Source of the DNA: Eledone cirrhosa
Lineage: Eukaryota
Length of the DNA: 64,000 nt
Assembly: GCA_964016885.1 (NCBI GenBank)
Contig: CAXHJY010000907.1
Location: 1-64,000 of the forward strand
Reading direction: 5' to 3'
Positions within the stretch are counted from its first letter, which is position 1, and each line of letters opens with the position of its first letter. A model generated the notes under the pieces. The model was not told the DNA's origin. It searched no databases and worked only from the letters and a program-made list of their open reading frames with translations. The position numbers were made by a program, and so were the translations under genes. Below, piece by piece: positions 13,253 through 27,911 of this stretch.

Positions 13253-13573
13253 TTAACCCTATAGCATTTACATTATTCTATATTTACTTTGCCTTTCATC
13301 CCTACAGGGTCGATAAAATAAAGTACCAGTAATGCACTGGGTAAGTGCTGGCCTTGTGCCAAAAGTAGAAACAATTATTCTATATTTACTATTGCATTTC
13401 CATAGAGTAAATACTTTATTTCACATAATTACTTCATATAATATTGAATCTATGAGATTTTGATATTATTAATTTTGAGAATAATACTTTAACATAAGTA
13501 TGAGCAGCTGGTTATGGCAGAAAGAGGTGAGAATTCTGGCCGGATATGGCCGGTTTAAATGCAAAAGGGCTAA
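13253..13573 (+). mobile_element. MITE family A copy containing a truncated SINE
   Basis: Seen: family A body interrupted at 13289-13373. Confidence 0.85.
13289..13373 (+). mobile_element. 5'-truncated Meta-domain-like SINE with 17-bp TSD
   Basis: Seen: attattctatatttact at 13272-13288 and 13374-13390; body matches the 3' half of 53639-53838. Confidence 0.85.
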
Positions 13574-14212
13574 TGTTCTGGCAAGGTATAGCCATGTGGT
13601 TAAGGAGTTTGCTTCACAACCACGTGGTTTCAGTATCAACCACACTGCATGATACCAATCATACATGCACCACATACACTGTAGAAGATATAATAATAAT
13701 AAAAAGTTGAAACAAATACTGCATTGAATTTTTCTGATGCTCTACCAATTCTGCCAATCTACAGCCTTTGAAATGATTTCTTTATTAGCCACAACACAGA
13801 GTGGGTTTTATATGGAGTAAAGGAAAGGAGACATCAATAAAGTGAAATCAGTAGGTATAACAATGATAGTATTTGTAATAAATAGTCATAACAATAGAAA
13901 ACAGTAACAACTGTCAGTTAGGAGGAGGGTGGGCATTTTAGGATAATTCTATGAAGAACCATTCACCCACAAAACTCTGGATTACTCTATTTCCATATGG
14001 GAGGAGAAGAAGAAGTACCAAATGTAAAAAACACATTGTATCTTAACTAAATTGATTTAAAAACATTCATTTAACTATTCGTGATTATATTTCTAATGAA
14101 ATACACACTATTTCAATTAATTAATTAATGAAGAATTTTGAAGGATTTACTAAGATTATAAATTATTTCATTAACATATGGCTCTTAAAATTATGTTGGA
14201 AGATTTTTCAAT

Positions 14213-14440
14213 TTAACACTTTAGCATTTAAACCAACCATATCCAGCCAGAATTCTCTCACCTCTTTCTGTTCAAACTGGCTGTAACTGGCCACTCATAC
14301 TGACATTAAGGTATTATTCTCAAAATAAATAATATCAAAATCTCATAGATTTGATATTATGGAAGATATTATGTGAGGTAAAGCCTTTACCATGAAAATA
14401 TAATAGTAAATATAAAGTAATGTACATGCCAAAAGGTTAA
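14213..14440 (-). mobile_element. MITE family A copy (reverse), nested in family B
   Basis: Seen: TTAA ends, reverse-complement body. Confidence 0.9.
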
Positions 14441-15557
14441 ATAGGAGGAACCCTTTAAAATGGGTGGTTTTTGTTGCATAGAATCAGAGCCAGTTTTGAC
14501 CAGGGTTAGTGTGAAAAGAGTTAAACACCGAATAAGCACCACATTGTATATACACTTTCGTACCACATGTTAGAAATTGTACATGATTACCAGTGAAATA
14601 AAATTAAAAACCTGGAGAAAAGAATCTATCTTTATCTATTGCTATTCACATTATTGTAGAAGCCAGACACTCACAGAGCAAGCAGGTGTTACAAGTAATT
14701 GGTTATTCAAGGGTTAATTCTCAAACTGAGTTAATAGATAAATTGAGACTTTTTTTTATATACTTTCTTAAACTATGAAGAAAATAGATGCACAAATAAT
14801 AACAATAATATTAATAATAATGCTTTCTTTATTAATAATAATAATGTTCGATGGAAAGGAATCAATTCTTGGTAAAATTAATATAGATTGATGATTTGGT
14901 TCACTATTTCTTCTTGCATTCATTCCATTTTCTATGTATTTTCTTTCTGTGAGAGTCAACAGGGAAGCTTTGCAGGGTTCTTCAAAGTAAAATATTCTTT
15001 TGAGAGACCCCCTCCTCCCTGCAGCAATATTTATAAACTGCAAGTAGCATTCTTCCCCGCCACTCCTCATGCAGCTTTTGTACACATGCACACACTCAGG
15101 GGTGCTGCTTCTCTTGGCACTGTCTACAGTTACGGGTTTAGGTTTGTCTGGATCACTCACCCACATTCATTCAGTGAAGGTGTGATACGCACAAACACAT
15201 TCACACTAACATGCACTCACATACATTAATGCAAACACAACCACAGTTACACACACACACACACACGCACACAATCTCATGTTAAAAAGAATCAGATCTT
15301 TGAAATCATGAAAAAGGTGGTATATCAGGATAGTAAATTCATATGGGGTTGCTACACTTCATAAAAGCAGTGATGATGAGGGCAGTGGTGATAGTAGTGA
15401 TTGTGGTGGCAATGGTAATGGGGATGTTGGTGATGGTGATAAAAAGAAATGATAATCTCTCCAATTTTCATATTGTATTTGATACTGAGAGGAGATGGTG
15501 TATTGCACGAGATCGGTGATTGTTAAAAATGTCGGCAAGCTCACCAAATTTACTTAC

Positions 15558-15621
15558 ATGAAGCAACAGTGGGAACATTTGATCTCCATTCACATAGAGA
15601 GCAATTTGAAACAACATAGCA
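15558..15621 (-). CDS. Second coding exon of the same host gene (CYVVSNCSLCEWRSNVPTVAS + 1 nt, phase 0 to phase 1)
   Basis: Seen: long pyrimidine tract ctctctttcttctatctctttttctcattactctcAG, donor CAT|GTAAGT, 64 nt open in the frame required by the upstream phase-0 exon. Confidence 0.75.
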
Positions 15622-16309
15622 CTGAGAGTAATGAGAAAAAGAGATAGAAGAAAGAGAGAGTGAATGAGAGAGAAGAGAAGGAGAGTGAATGAGATGGAGC
15701 GTACACAGGAGAGAAATTAAAGCAATTGCTTTGGGCTCGTCTATTTGATCATAGAATTCATACACATAAACTGAGTGAATTCATTATAATGGCTCACTGG
15801 GAGAAAGCAAAACACTGGAACCACTTCAGATACACACACATATGTAATGATTGTAATACTGCAGATAAATGTGTCACCTGGCAATGCCAACTGTGTATAC
15901 ATATTGATTTTGTTTGACTAAGAACAAAAGGAAAAGGATATGTGATGTGATGTGATGTGGCACACATGCCTTTCCTTAAACACGTAGCAGTATAAATGAA
16001 CTGAAATTGTTTCACCTAGCAGTTGAAAACAAGTGGGACATTTAACTTGTTGGAACTTAATCCTATTCTAGTAATTTTACTACAAACACTAGAAATACTG
16101 ATTTCTTATAATTTGTATTATGGAATATACACTCAATTGAATTGACACCAGTATATGACTAACTTATTGATCCTGGAAGGATGAAGGGAAAAAGGCAACT
16201 TTGGCAAGAAAGAAACAAAATAATGAAAAGCATTTAGTTTAGTACTCTGCTACTGCCTGTATCAATCCTTTCATGATCAAACTGCCTTATGGTACTGAGC
16301 TATTTATAT

Positions 16310-16527
16310 TATAAGGGGGTGCTGAAAAGTTCCTGGCTTTGGGTAAAAGAAAATATAGGAGGATCAGTTACCTATGATTTTATTCAACATATTCCCCTCT
16401 CAGATTCACACACTTATTGCAGTGGTCCTTCAGTTTTTCTAAGCCTGGTAAAAATAACTCAAAAGGTTGGGCCTCCAACCAGGCCTGTGTTACTCTTAAA
16501 GCCAGGAACTTTTCAGCATCCTTTGTA
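16310..16527. mobile_element. Mariner-derived MITE, about 220 bp
   Basis: Seen: TA ends, TIRs aagggggtgctgaaaagttcctggcttt / aaagccaggaacttttcagcatccttt; nested in a family B MITE. Confidence 0.85.
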
Positions 16528-16899
16528 AAGTGCTTATATTCATCTAAAAGCCTTCCAACATAATTTTATGTAAGAACCGTTGTCAAGCGAAGTTCCAAAC
16601 ACCAGTTTAATAATGAGAAAGTTAGTTATCTTAAATCCCAGTAAATTCTTGAATATTAAAAAAATTACTTGAAAACTATAGGCAGCATCTTTCATTAGAA
16701 ATATAAGGAAAGGTGTTAAATAATAATTTGGTTTCTATAAAAGGTTAAAGTAAATTTATGAAGGATAACAACAACTAAGACATTGATTGAGAGTAGTTAT
16801 CATAGCAGCCATTGGCAGATATTGAAATTGAAGGAACATTAAAGTATCTTGAAGAGTCAAGTAAATACACTACTTCAAAGCTCCACCCAAAAAATTTCA

Positions 16900-17630
16900 A
16901 AAGAAATAGAAATTTTGCTTTTCATTTGTATTATTCTGTATTTATTGCAATAGAATACAAATCATGATATTTAATCAACAACTGGCTGACTTATTATACA
17001 AATGAAATACTTGTTTAAAAACCATGTAATGTTGATATATATATCATGAATCTTGTTCTTTGATATGATTAATGATAACCAGCATTAGTTTTTCACAATG
17101 TCAGGTAGTAAAGATACAATAAACAAAACACATTAGCAAAACATTCTTGAAAAGTAGAAAGCAACATTATAACTGCCTCACATTAAAAATTGAAGTCTTT
17201 ACTCTCATACAGCAAATTGTCATAATGATCTGTCCAATAGTAAAGATATTACAAACAAAGATATTATTAACAAAGACATGTTTTGGAGATAAGCTCCATC
17301 TCTGGATGTCATTCAAAGCCCTATTTATAAAAAAACAAGAACTCCCAAAACATGCATGATTCCCTACAACAGAATTCAATTATGATAATAAAACATTATA
17401 TTAGTACTATCAACAGTTGATGTGCTGTCATAGAAGGAAATACAAAGAGCTTGACAAGACACTCTCATGTCAGCCTCAGAGTTGAGAAGATGGATGTGAA
17501 ACACAGCTAAAATAAAAGAGGAAGACCAAAGAAAGAAATATTTCATCCTCATATCAGAGCCAACAACAAAGATTGTGCATGCAATGCAGCTGAAGTCAAA
17601 GTTTACTCTAAAAACATTCGTGCTTGTAAA
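16900..17630 (+). mobile_element. Possible very old Penelope-like RT remnant
   Basis: Weak similarity to PLE thumb motifs (IxxFT, KLxxLDV, IYKK); speculative. Confidence 0.25.
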
Positions 17631-17845
17631 CAAAATAAATCAGGGAATGCATGTATAATGGCAAATTTGTAGAGCCAGTAGGATGTAGGGCAAAATGTCT
17701 TGTGGTATTTATTCTGGCTCTGTGCGCTCTGAGTTCAACTTTGCTTTTCTTCCTTTCAGGGTTAATGAAATAAAGTACCAGTACAAGACAGTAGTGGATT
17801 GGGTAAATTATTAGTGTTAGACAAAATGTCTTGTATTATTTGTTC

Positions 17846-18030
17846 TATTGGCAGTATCGGTAGAGGGTCGGACGCCATGCTTTCCAGCATAGTTATGTCC
17901 CTTTACGATCTGAGTTCAAATCCCGCCGAGGTTGACTTTGCCTTTCATCCTTACGGGGTCGATAAAATAAAGTACCAGTAATGCACTGGGTAATTGCTGG
18001 CCTTGTGCCTAAAGTAGAAACAATTATTTG
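17846..18030 (+). mobile_element. Meta-like SINE copy
   Basis: Seen: matches 53648-53830. Confidence 0.75.
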
Positions 18031-19317
18031 TTCTCTACACTCTGAGTTCAAATACCACTGTGGCCAACTTAATTTGATACTTGGGCACCTGTTGCAAGCA
18101 TTCATGTTCAGACTCTGGTTTAATAATGTCTTCCCCATCAGTCTCAGAAGCCCTAAAAAATATCATGGGCACTATCCCTCCCTTCCTCCCTGATTAAACA
18201 ATAAATCTAAAAAAATGCAAGTTGTGTATTTAAGCATTTAAAGAGATTTATTCTGGAGACCAGGGTATCACACATAATTATGAGAATGAAATACTACTGT
18301 TTACGCAGTTTCCTTGCCTAATACACATGGGTACAGTTGTGATTCTCCACTTGCCTACATGACTGCATCTTCCACTAGTGTGTCATTGGTGTCTGGAAGG
18401 AGTCTTGGCCATGCCATGCTGGTGTAAAATCTTTATCATTGTGAGAACACACAAGACACTAGACCTTTGAATGTCATAAGGAATAGAGTGAAGAAAACCA
18501 TTAGCAACCATATTATTGTGGATCACTAAAATCTTGTGACCATCTCATCTTTAATTTTGATTTAGATTTTCGTTTCAATTCTTCACTTAAGTCTACAACA
18601 GATTACTTCAAGAAATTTCTAGATAGCTAAATATGTTAATCACAGAGATTATACTAGGTCATTTAGTACTACCCCACCCCTTTAAAAAAGAAACACACTA
18701 GCTGTTGGGTATAAAACCTTAAATACCCCTGACATGATGCACTATTCCAGTTGTTAAATGTCACTCATCTTTCTTTTTTAACCAAAAGTTTCTGTTCTTT
18801 GCAGTTTTAGACTTAAGGCTACAAAGGTTTCTCCATATTTCCTCCTACTAATTACTGAGAATCTCATTTACAGCACCATTTAATGCACGCACATGGACAC
18901 ATAATGTAATATAGAATTTAAATCATTGAATAATGTTGGCACTTGTGTTTATGATAGACATTACTGTTTATAGTAAACTTGCTTAGCTTCATGTAATCAA
19001 TACCAACAGGCAGTTAATGCAACGTATTTTCTTCTTATTTCATTACATTTTACTGTTGATAGTAAATTTGAAAAGCTACATAGCAATCTCCAAATCTATA
19101 ACATTACTGGCAAAATTCAATTGTAGCAGAAGATGAAAGCTTCATTATGGGAGTAGGAGAATCAAAAATAGCACAGGATTTACATTAAGAAAACTCGTGA
19201 CTATTATACAACCTGACCAAAATGTTTTTTTGAATTGACAAATATTACATATAAAGAGAATAGGATTAAGATTTTCTCAAATAGTGTTTCTAAAAGAAGC
19301 AAAGTATTGTCATGGTA

Positions 19318-19354
<37 letters not shown>

Positions 19355-22300
19355 CATAAACATCAGGAGTTCAAATCTTACTATAGCTATTATGTTGTAC
19401 TTCTAAACAAGTGACAAAATAACTCTTGCCTCAGTTTGCTTGGTCAACAAAAACCAACTAGTTTTATAAAAAAAAACAAAAAAACTATAGAATAAGTATT
19501 TAGATATAAAGTCACTGATAACACAACTAGAAGAACATTTATATTCTAAATTTACAAAATCTTAAACCACTTGTTCTAGATCAGTGGAAAATTTTTTTTA
19601 TGGTTTTGCAAGTTTAGACCACATTTTGCATAACTTTTGATTCCAAACCACCTGAAATTGCATCAGATTCTATGATACAAAGTTGTTTATATTTACCTAG
19701 AAACCTTCCATTATAATTATATCTAAGAACCTTTGTTAAGTAACGTTCCAAATACTAGCATAAGTTACAGTATTTAGTAGTTACATTACTAAATTCTTTA
19801 ATATTCTTGATTATCTAAAAAGATTTTGAAATTATAGGGAGTGTCTTTCATTAGAAATCTGGTAATGAAATAAATAAAATTAAGTCTTGTATCTCAACTA
19901 TGTCATGGCACATGAATTACAATTAAAATGTCACCTCATTGGTGACATGATAAAATGCACCTAGTACATTCTGTAAAGTGGTTGGTGTTAGAAAGGGCAC
20001 TGAGGCATAGGAAACTTGCCAAAAAGGTAGAGATGACTTTTCAATTGTGTCAAAAGCATGTTGACTTCTCTATTGCTGATGCCATGATAAAATGAACAGT
20101 TTATTCTGTCGAGCACAAGATCAGTGGTTCTGATTAAGTACTGACTTGGTCTGTGATGACCTGTCCAAACTTTGCTAGCATGCAAAAATGGCTGTTAAAT
20201 GATAATGATTCTGTTACTTTACCAATGAAAGAAAAGGACACACTAAAATATTACAAAATATGGACAAATTTCTATTCAGTGTCTCACACATAAGCAAACA
20301 CTGCACCTCAAAGTGTGAAACCTTGATTTAGATGTGATTGAACAGGTCATATTTTAAGAATTGTATGTGTGTGTGTGAGAGCCCACAAAACATTTGATTG
20401 ACTAACTCTGTGTCAGAGTATTACAGAAAGCCTACTCATTATCATTTTGAACATTGAAACTCAAGTTTTACCAAACTTCTTAAATCTTTTTAAAGAAATT
20501 TGTCATGACATCCACACCCCCACCGTTTGGTAAAACAAATTATTTTAATGACAAAATATTTTGGTATGTTTATTTTAAAATTTTTTGATTTGTTTCTAAA
20601 TGTACAGTCGCAAAGTTTTATTTTTTGAGGGAAACATTGCAATAATTATCAAATAATCCTAAATCTAACTAAATAAAATAAGTTACTTTCACTCATGACC
20701 CCTTCTTAGGGAAGGCCCACATTAACTAATGATTTATTTATCAAACCTAATGAATTAATACAACTAAATATCTGTCAGGTATATTTTGGTGTTAATAATA
20801 AGCTATTTTATAACAAGATGTCATGAGAGTATAGCAAGTTGGATATTTGCATTGCTATAAGGAGAAAAAAAGATTTTTTCTTTGATACTACTTTAGAATC
20901 ATCATCTCATGATCAATTTTCTTTCCCTTTAAATTTTAGGTTCTATTTATAAGTGCATGGAAGATTTATCCATGTTAACCTCTGTCGATTCTAGTTGAAA
21001 TTATTATGCATGTGGCTGAGTGTTCCATACGCATGCATACCCGTAATGTAGTTCCTAAGGAGATTTGATGTAACAGAGTGTGCAACAAGGCTAGCCTTTG
21101 AATTACAGGTACAACTCATTTTTGCCAGCTGGGTGGACATAAAGCATCGTGAAATAAAGTGTCTTGCTCAAGATCACAAAGTTTCAACAGAAATTGAACT
21201 CACAATCATAAGCCAAACACTCTAACCACTAAGCTACATGCCTTCACCACATCCACACACAACTTAACAAACCCAGAGGCATTTTTTCCATGTCAAATAC
21301 AAGCCATACTACTTGTTTACTTAAAATTAGAATTTTCATAACACATGGAGAGGCTGCTTAAATTTGTTTGTCTAGAATTATGCAGAATCAACACAAATTT
21401 GCTCATGAATAAGACACAAAGTTACCACAGGTAACTTTATCCAGACAAGTGTGGAACCCATTCAACTACTTAACCATACCACCTGAAACTGCCCCTGGTT
21501 CTGATACAAAACTGTTTATTTTAAAGTCTTTAGATTTTATAAAAATTATCATAACTATATGTAAGAACCTTTGTTAAGTTATGTTCCAAACAATAGATTA
21601 ATTACAAGAAAGTTAGTTATAATACTAAATCCCTTAAATTCTTATTTTCAAAATTATTTGTAAATCATAGGCAGAGTCTTTCATTAGAAATAAAAATGGT
21701 AATGAAAGTGTTAAGGAAAAAAGAAAAGAAAAATGATCAGATCAGTTAAATGATGCCATAAACAGGGGCATTGAATTAGATTTTTGTGAAGAAATGTTGT
21801 GCACAGTTACTGATATTATATTTTGCATGCATCAATGGTTTTTATAATAAGAAAAAAGAAAAACAGTGAAGGTGATAGGGTCAGTGGGAGTGATGGAGCA
21901 ATGAAAATGGCTTTTAAAATGTAGCCTCCTCCATTTACAATTTAATTTAGTTGAACAGTAGTAGAATTGGCAGAAAGCCATATGTTTTTGGCTATGAACT
22001 AACACAGATGATGTGATACATAACATCAATGATGGTCTATAATTTGGTCAGTAGAATTGAGCAGAGCCAGGAAAGTACAACTAAGAAAGGTTATAACAAC
22101 AACGACAATTTCAAACTTTGGCACAAGGCCACAGATTTTAACCCTTCATTACTATATTTCTAATGAAAGACACTGCCTATGATTTTCAAATCATTTTGAA
22201 AATTATCAAGAATTTGAAGGGATTTAGTAATATAACTAATTTTCTCAGTTAGTTATATTACATTAGTTGGTGTTTGGAACCTAACTAATGTTCTTACATG

Positions 22301-22738
22301 GGAAATGTGATAAATGTAAGCACTTTACGAGAAATAGTTTTGTATAGTAGAACTAGTACTTGACTGGTACTTTATTTTATCAAACCCCTCCATAAGAAAG
22401 GCAAAAATTCAACCTAGGTAGGATTTGAATGCAAAATATAAAGAGGAGGTAAATACCACAAGGTATTAGGCACTCAACCAATTCTGCCATCCACTATTAT
22501 AATAATAATAATGATTTCGAATTTAAGCACAAGGTCAGCAATTTTGGAAGCGGGGAGTCAATTAAATCAATCCCCAGTTTTTGACTGCTACTTTATTTTA
22601 TCAACCCTGGATAGATAAAAGGCAAAGCTGAAACAAGTACTGCTAAGCAAGTACTGGTGGTCTAACAGCTCTGCCAAACCCATAATAATTTCAAACATAG
22701 GCTCTAGCTGAGCAAGGTAGTCAATCATATCAATCCCA

Positions 22739-23186
22739 ATGGAAAGGAGTGATTGGAAGGAATGGCAATCCTGATCTAAATACTAATTGATAGGCCTTAC
22801 TAGCAATGGACTCTCTATTATGAACACCTTCTTCCAGCATGGAGACATCCACAAATATATATGGTATAAGGGTAATCAAGGACAGAGATCAATAATTGAT
22901 TTTGTTATTGCCTCTGATCTCTTTGATTTGGGGTTGGGTATCTGTGTTGAAGGAGAGGCTCAGCTGTCAACTGATCACCATTTAGTTATTTGCAACTTGA
23001 GACTACATAAAGCCATAGAAGGCCACAAAGCTGGCAGGTCCAGGTCAACCTACAGGATACAGTGGGAAGCATTGGTGGATAAATAAGTCAGGACCAGGTA
23101 TGCAGATACTATTGCATCCAAATTCAGAGAACTCCCTGAGCAAACTAGATATGTTGAAACAGAGTGGAGACTGTTTACATCAGCAG
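22739..23186 (+). mobile_element. Internal LINE APE-endonuclease fragment
   Basis: Seen: WKGVIGRNG, NGLSIMNTFFQH, SIIDFVI, LSTDHHLV motifs. Confidence 0.85.
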
Positions 23187-23820
23187 AATCCCAGTACTTG
23201 ACTGGTACTATAATTTATTGTTCCTAGAAGAACTCACCAGCTTCAAAACAATATTTTGTTAACTAAATGAAATATAAACAAATAATTAACAAAATGTGGG
23301 AAAAGGAATTGTAAGAATTATTAGCCTGTTTATATTAACATCTACATATCAGTCTATATACACCAACACCTACACGTATGTGCGTGTGTATGCATGTATA
23401 TATATAATCTCAACCGCAGCGCACAGTGGTTTCAGCAAGCCTTTTCAAAGGTGTAGTCTACATGAGTACTCCCATGATTAATGGTCTCCCCGGTCACAGC
23501 ACCACAGACTCTCTCTCTCTATGTATTTATATATAGGCTTCTGCATATATATATATATATAGTCTTCTGCATATTTTTTGTCTATCAAATTCCCCCTCAC
23601 AACATATTTTAGTCAACCCAAAGATAGTCACTCAAGGTGCCGCATTGTGGAATTGATCCTGGAACATACACATATACATAGAAAATATTATAATTTTCAT
23701 TTTCCATTGCATGATGTTGCAAAATCAATTCTATTAAAATATTGATTTTAAAAAAAATACTAATTTAATAAAACTTGCTTATTTATAAACAATGTTGTTG
23801 ACTTACGAAACATTAAGAGA

Positions 23821-24032
23821 AATTTGAAATGTGTGCATCCCAACGAAAATGACCATAATAATAGTCAGTTACTATAAATAATAGTTGAAGTATCAACAGA
23901 GAGTGTAAAAAATGGGCAGCACCTATGTTCACTTTTTTCATCTCCATGGCAATTGTACTTGATTTTCACAACTGTATATAGTGATTGATTATTGTTATGG
24001 TCATTTGCATTGGGATGCACACATTTCAAGTT
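23821..24032. mobile_element. MITE with about 55-bp TIRs (second copy 43814-44025)
   Basis: Seen: aatttgaaatgtgtgcatcccaacgaaaatgaccataa / ttatggtcatttgcattgggatgcacacatttcaagtt. Confidence 0.75.
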
Positions 24033-27000
24033 GCTTATTGAAGGGAAAGGGGAAAGCTGATTAAATTGAGCACAATGCATTACTGGTACTTTATTTTATG
24101 ACCCCATAATGGTGAAAGGCAAAGTTAACTTTGGTGGGATTTGAACTTAGAACACTGGGAGAAGGAAGGAACATATACCACAAAGTATACTATCTGATGT
24201 TTCTAGTGATTCGACAAAATCTAGCACCAACATACACACAACAAATTGGCAATCTATTATTCTACCTCCTTCAAATTGCTGGCCTTGTGCCAAAAGTAGA
24301 AACAATTATTATTACCAACATTGTTAGGATATTGAAGTGGCAGAAATAATTGAAAACCTGCACTAAAAATGCCTTAGAGTATTTATTTTTCTCCTGTTAA
24401 GCTGCATGTTAAAAACCCACCCAGCTTGACTTTTGTTTTTCATTTCCATCCTTTTAGCACTGATTAAATTAAAACATCAGAAATTCATTTGACTACATTC
24501 TACAAATCTGAGATGTGGTAATGTGAAATGTGAGAAGTTCTCTTCTTCTTCCTCATTACTAAGTCAAGCACTGGTGTTGATTTCATGAACTGTTTCCTCT
24601 CCCACATTCCTGGCCCTCTCCCTATGTCAGAAGTCATTATGTTTAACACTGTTGTCTGCACTTGAGCCACACTTCTAGCAATAGCATTTGAATTGCTTCA
24701 GGCCTTTCCCTATGCAGATGAAAAATGAATTAATCCAATGGGTGAAGAAGTGCAATAAACATCAACCCTTTTGTTACCATATTTCCAATGAAAGACAGTT
24801 TCCTAAGACTTTCAAATAATTTTGAAAATAAAGAATTTAGAGAACTTTCTCATTATGAAGGTGGTATTTGGAGCAATTTTAACAGTGGTTTTTATATAAA
24901 ATTATGATGGGAAGTTTTAGATAACTTTAATCCCTATTTCTAATGAAAGACACTACCCATGATTTTCAAATTCTGAAAATAATAGAAAATTGGGGATTTA
25001 GTAAAATAACCAACTTTCTAATTATTTAACTAGTATTTGAAACATAAAATTAGTAAAATTAAAATGGAAGTTTCTTGATAAATACAAATGATGGAAACAT
25101 CAATGAGAAGAATACATCTTTGTACCAAATTCAACAACATATAAAAATTATATTGATTTAGAAATAAATAAAAAAATTCTCTATTTTTAATTAAATAGAA
25201 ATTTAACTGAGTGTATTGAAGCAGGACAGAATTTACTCTAGGTAGGATTTTTATAATGAATTCTATCTATCATAGCTGCAATCGCTATTATGCAGTGTTA
25301 CACTACAGATTGCTAGGTTGCTGTGGCCCCGCCACTCACACATACATTAAAATATCTTGAAACTACAGTTATTTCATACAAGTTTGTTTTATAAGCTATG
25401 AAGGTGCATGGCTGAGTAAAGACTTTAATTTTCAATGTGATGCTGTCATAGTGGTTTTATACTTTTCAAGAATGTCTTGCTAATGTAGTTTCATTTAGTA
25501 GGGGACATTAAAAGTTAATACAGAAAAAAATAAAGTATATGACAAGCTAAAAAAAAAAAAAAAAAAAAAAAGAATAATAAAAAAATTAAAATATAACAAA
25601 AAAAAAAAACTGAAAATTATAAATAGCTAACAACAAAAATATTCATGTATGACTATAACCATATTTTGTTTTAATATATCTGGGTAACAGAGTCCACTCT
25701 GTTGCATACATTCAAGCCATGTCTCTGGCTTGGAGATACCTTTCCCTCTATCCAGTCTCAAAGGTCCTGAAAAGAGTCATGGGTGCTGTCTTTTCTTCTC
25801 TCTCTCTCTGACCATTCATGGAGGCCCTGAAAAGGATCATGGGTTCGACTGTTCATTCCTTCCCTATTTCTAAATAGTCTTAGAGGACTTGAAAAGAGCC
25901 AGCACAACCAAGTAAAAATTAAAATAAGATGATATTAAAGTATATCTGTGTGTATCTGGTTTAAAATAGGTACACTATCTCTAACTAAAGATATTAGCAC
26001 CAAGGACACCTGAAATTAAAACATTGCTTCAAAAAGGACTACATGATGAGTATGAAACCTATCATAGGGTTTGCAGGGCTAACCCTTGCTTTAGCAGGTA
26101 AAATGACCTTAAAACACGGATGTTGTTGATACTGATGTTATACTAATCTAACCATTATCAAGCTGAAGTAAGATTGCCTTCTTCTAATATTAGAACTTAC
26201 ATCTGTTGTGAAATAACACAGAAACTGATTGATTTTGTGTGTTTATATATGAATACACACACACAAATGAAATGTTTCAGTTAGTTTAAATACCATAGAA
26301 AAATACTACAGGTTTCCTTTATTCCCTCCTAACTAGATACACACCTGTATATATTCCCTCCTTACTAGATATGAACCTGTACGACAAAAAATTCCACGTA
26401 CCCTATCTTCATTTATTTGCCTTGGTATACTTTCCCTGTTTTAGTTCTCATTTATATGAATTAATTCATCATAACCCAGGTGAGCATTTATTCAGAATTA
26501 CTGCCCTCCAAGATGGGGTGAAGAACAATGTCTCATACACTACATATTTGACATAGTTTCTATGGCTGGATATGCTTGCTTCATAACACCAACCACTTTA
26601 CAGATTACTGAGTGAATTCTATCGTGGCACCAGCACTGATACTTTACAAAGTATACTGTGTGTATTTTACCATGGTACCAGCATTGCAACTTTGCAGAGT
26701 GCACTGGGCAAATTTTATCATGGCACCAGACTACAATTTTACGGAGAGTAGTAGATGAATTTTATCATGGAATCAGCACTACCAAGAGTGTACTGAATGA
26801 ATTATATTGTGGCATCAACCCTAGGGAGGTTGCCATGTCCTTGAAAGGAATTGCTTAAAATTTCAAAACTTTACACATTAAATCTAAAGTGAAACCTATA
26901 TACCAGGTCAAGTCTGTTTACCATCAAACTTTATTAATTAGTCTAGTCTTCTGAGTATAGATTTATGACATACACAATTTTATTTATATCAAAAATCTCT

Positions 27001-27791
27001 ATACATCTATTATAGTTAATTAAATTGACAGAACAGGTGTTTTCATCACTAGATGCTATATCCTAACCAGTCAGTCATATAATAATGGTTGAGTAGTTGT
27101 GAAGGCATGTGGTTTAGTAGTTAGTGTATTGGGCTCACGACTAAGGTCATGAGTTTGATTCCTGGACTAGGTGCCATGTTGTGTCCTAGAGCTAGATCTT
27201 TTATTTTATGTTACTCCAGTCTACTCAGCTAGCAAAAATGAGTTGTGATGACACTAGTGCCAAGCTGAGTTGGCCTTTGCTTTTGCCTTGGACATCATCA
27301 GTGGTGTTGAGAGGGAGACATGCATGCATGCATAACTGTTAGTCTTTGATACAGCCCTCTGCATGGGCGTATGCTTCAGTGAGGTAAATCCATGTTCAGT
27401 TAGTCATAGGTACAAAACTTATGGCCAGCCAAGAACAATGAGGCTTCTTACTCATATGATGGAACTTTAAAACAAATTGAATAATATAACTTTAAACGAG
27501 ACCCAAACAGTGCTAGTAGATTTGAACTTTCATGTGTATGTGCCTATATGTATTGAAAGAAAAAGACACACACAGGTTGGTTTGATAAGCACTAAACATG
27601 CACTGAATTAAGGACTCATATATTAACTTTATACATTCTATGGAGTTAGTATAATATTTGTTATTAATGATGAGTGTTTACTTTGAAGTTTCACTGACCA
27701 ATAATATTGGCTTATCAAAACAGTCAGAGAAACTTTGAAGTAAACAGTTATCATTATTAACAATTATTTTATATCTATACAAGATACATAT

Positions 27792-27804
27792 AAACACACA
27801 CACT

Positions 27805-27887
<83 letters not shown>

Positions 27888-27911
27888 AGGAGTGAGTGAA
27901 GGAGTGTGTTT
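27792..27911. repeat. (CT)n immediately followed by (GA)n, forming an inverted repeat
   Basis: Seen: cactccttct(ct)n c|g (ag)n aaagaaggagtg. Confidence 0.9.
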
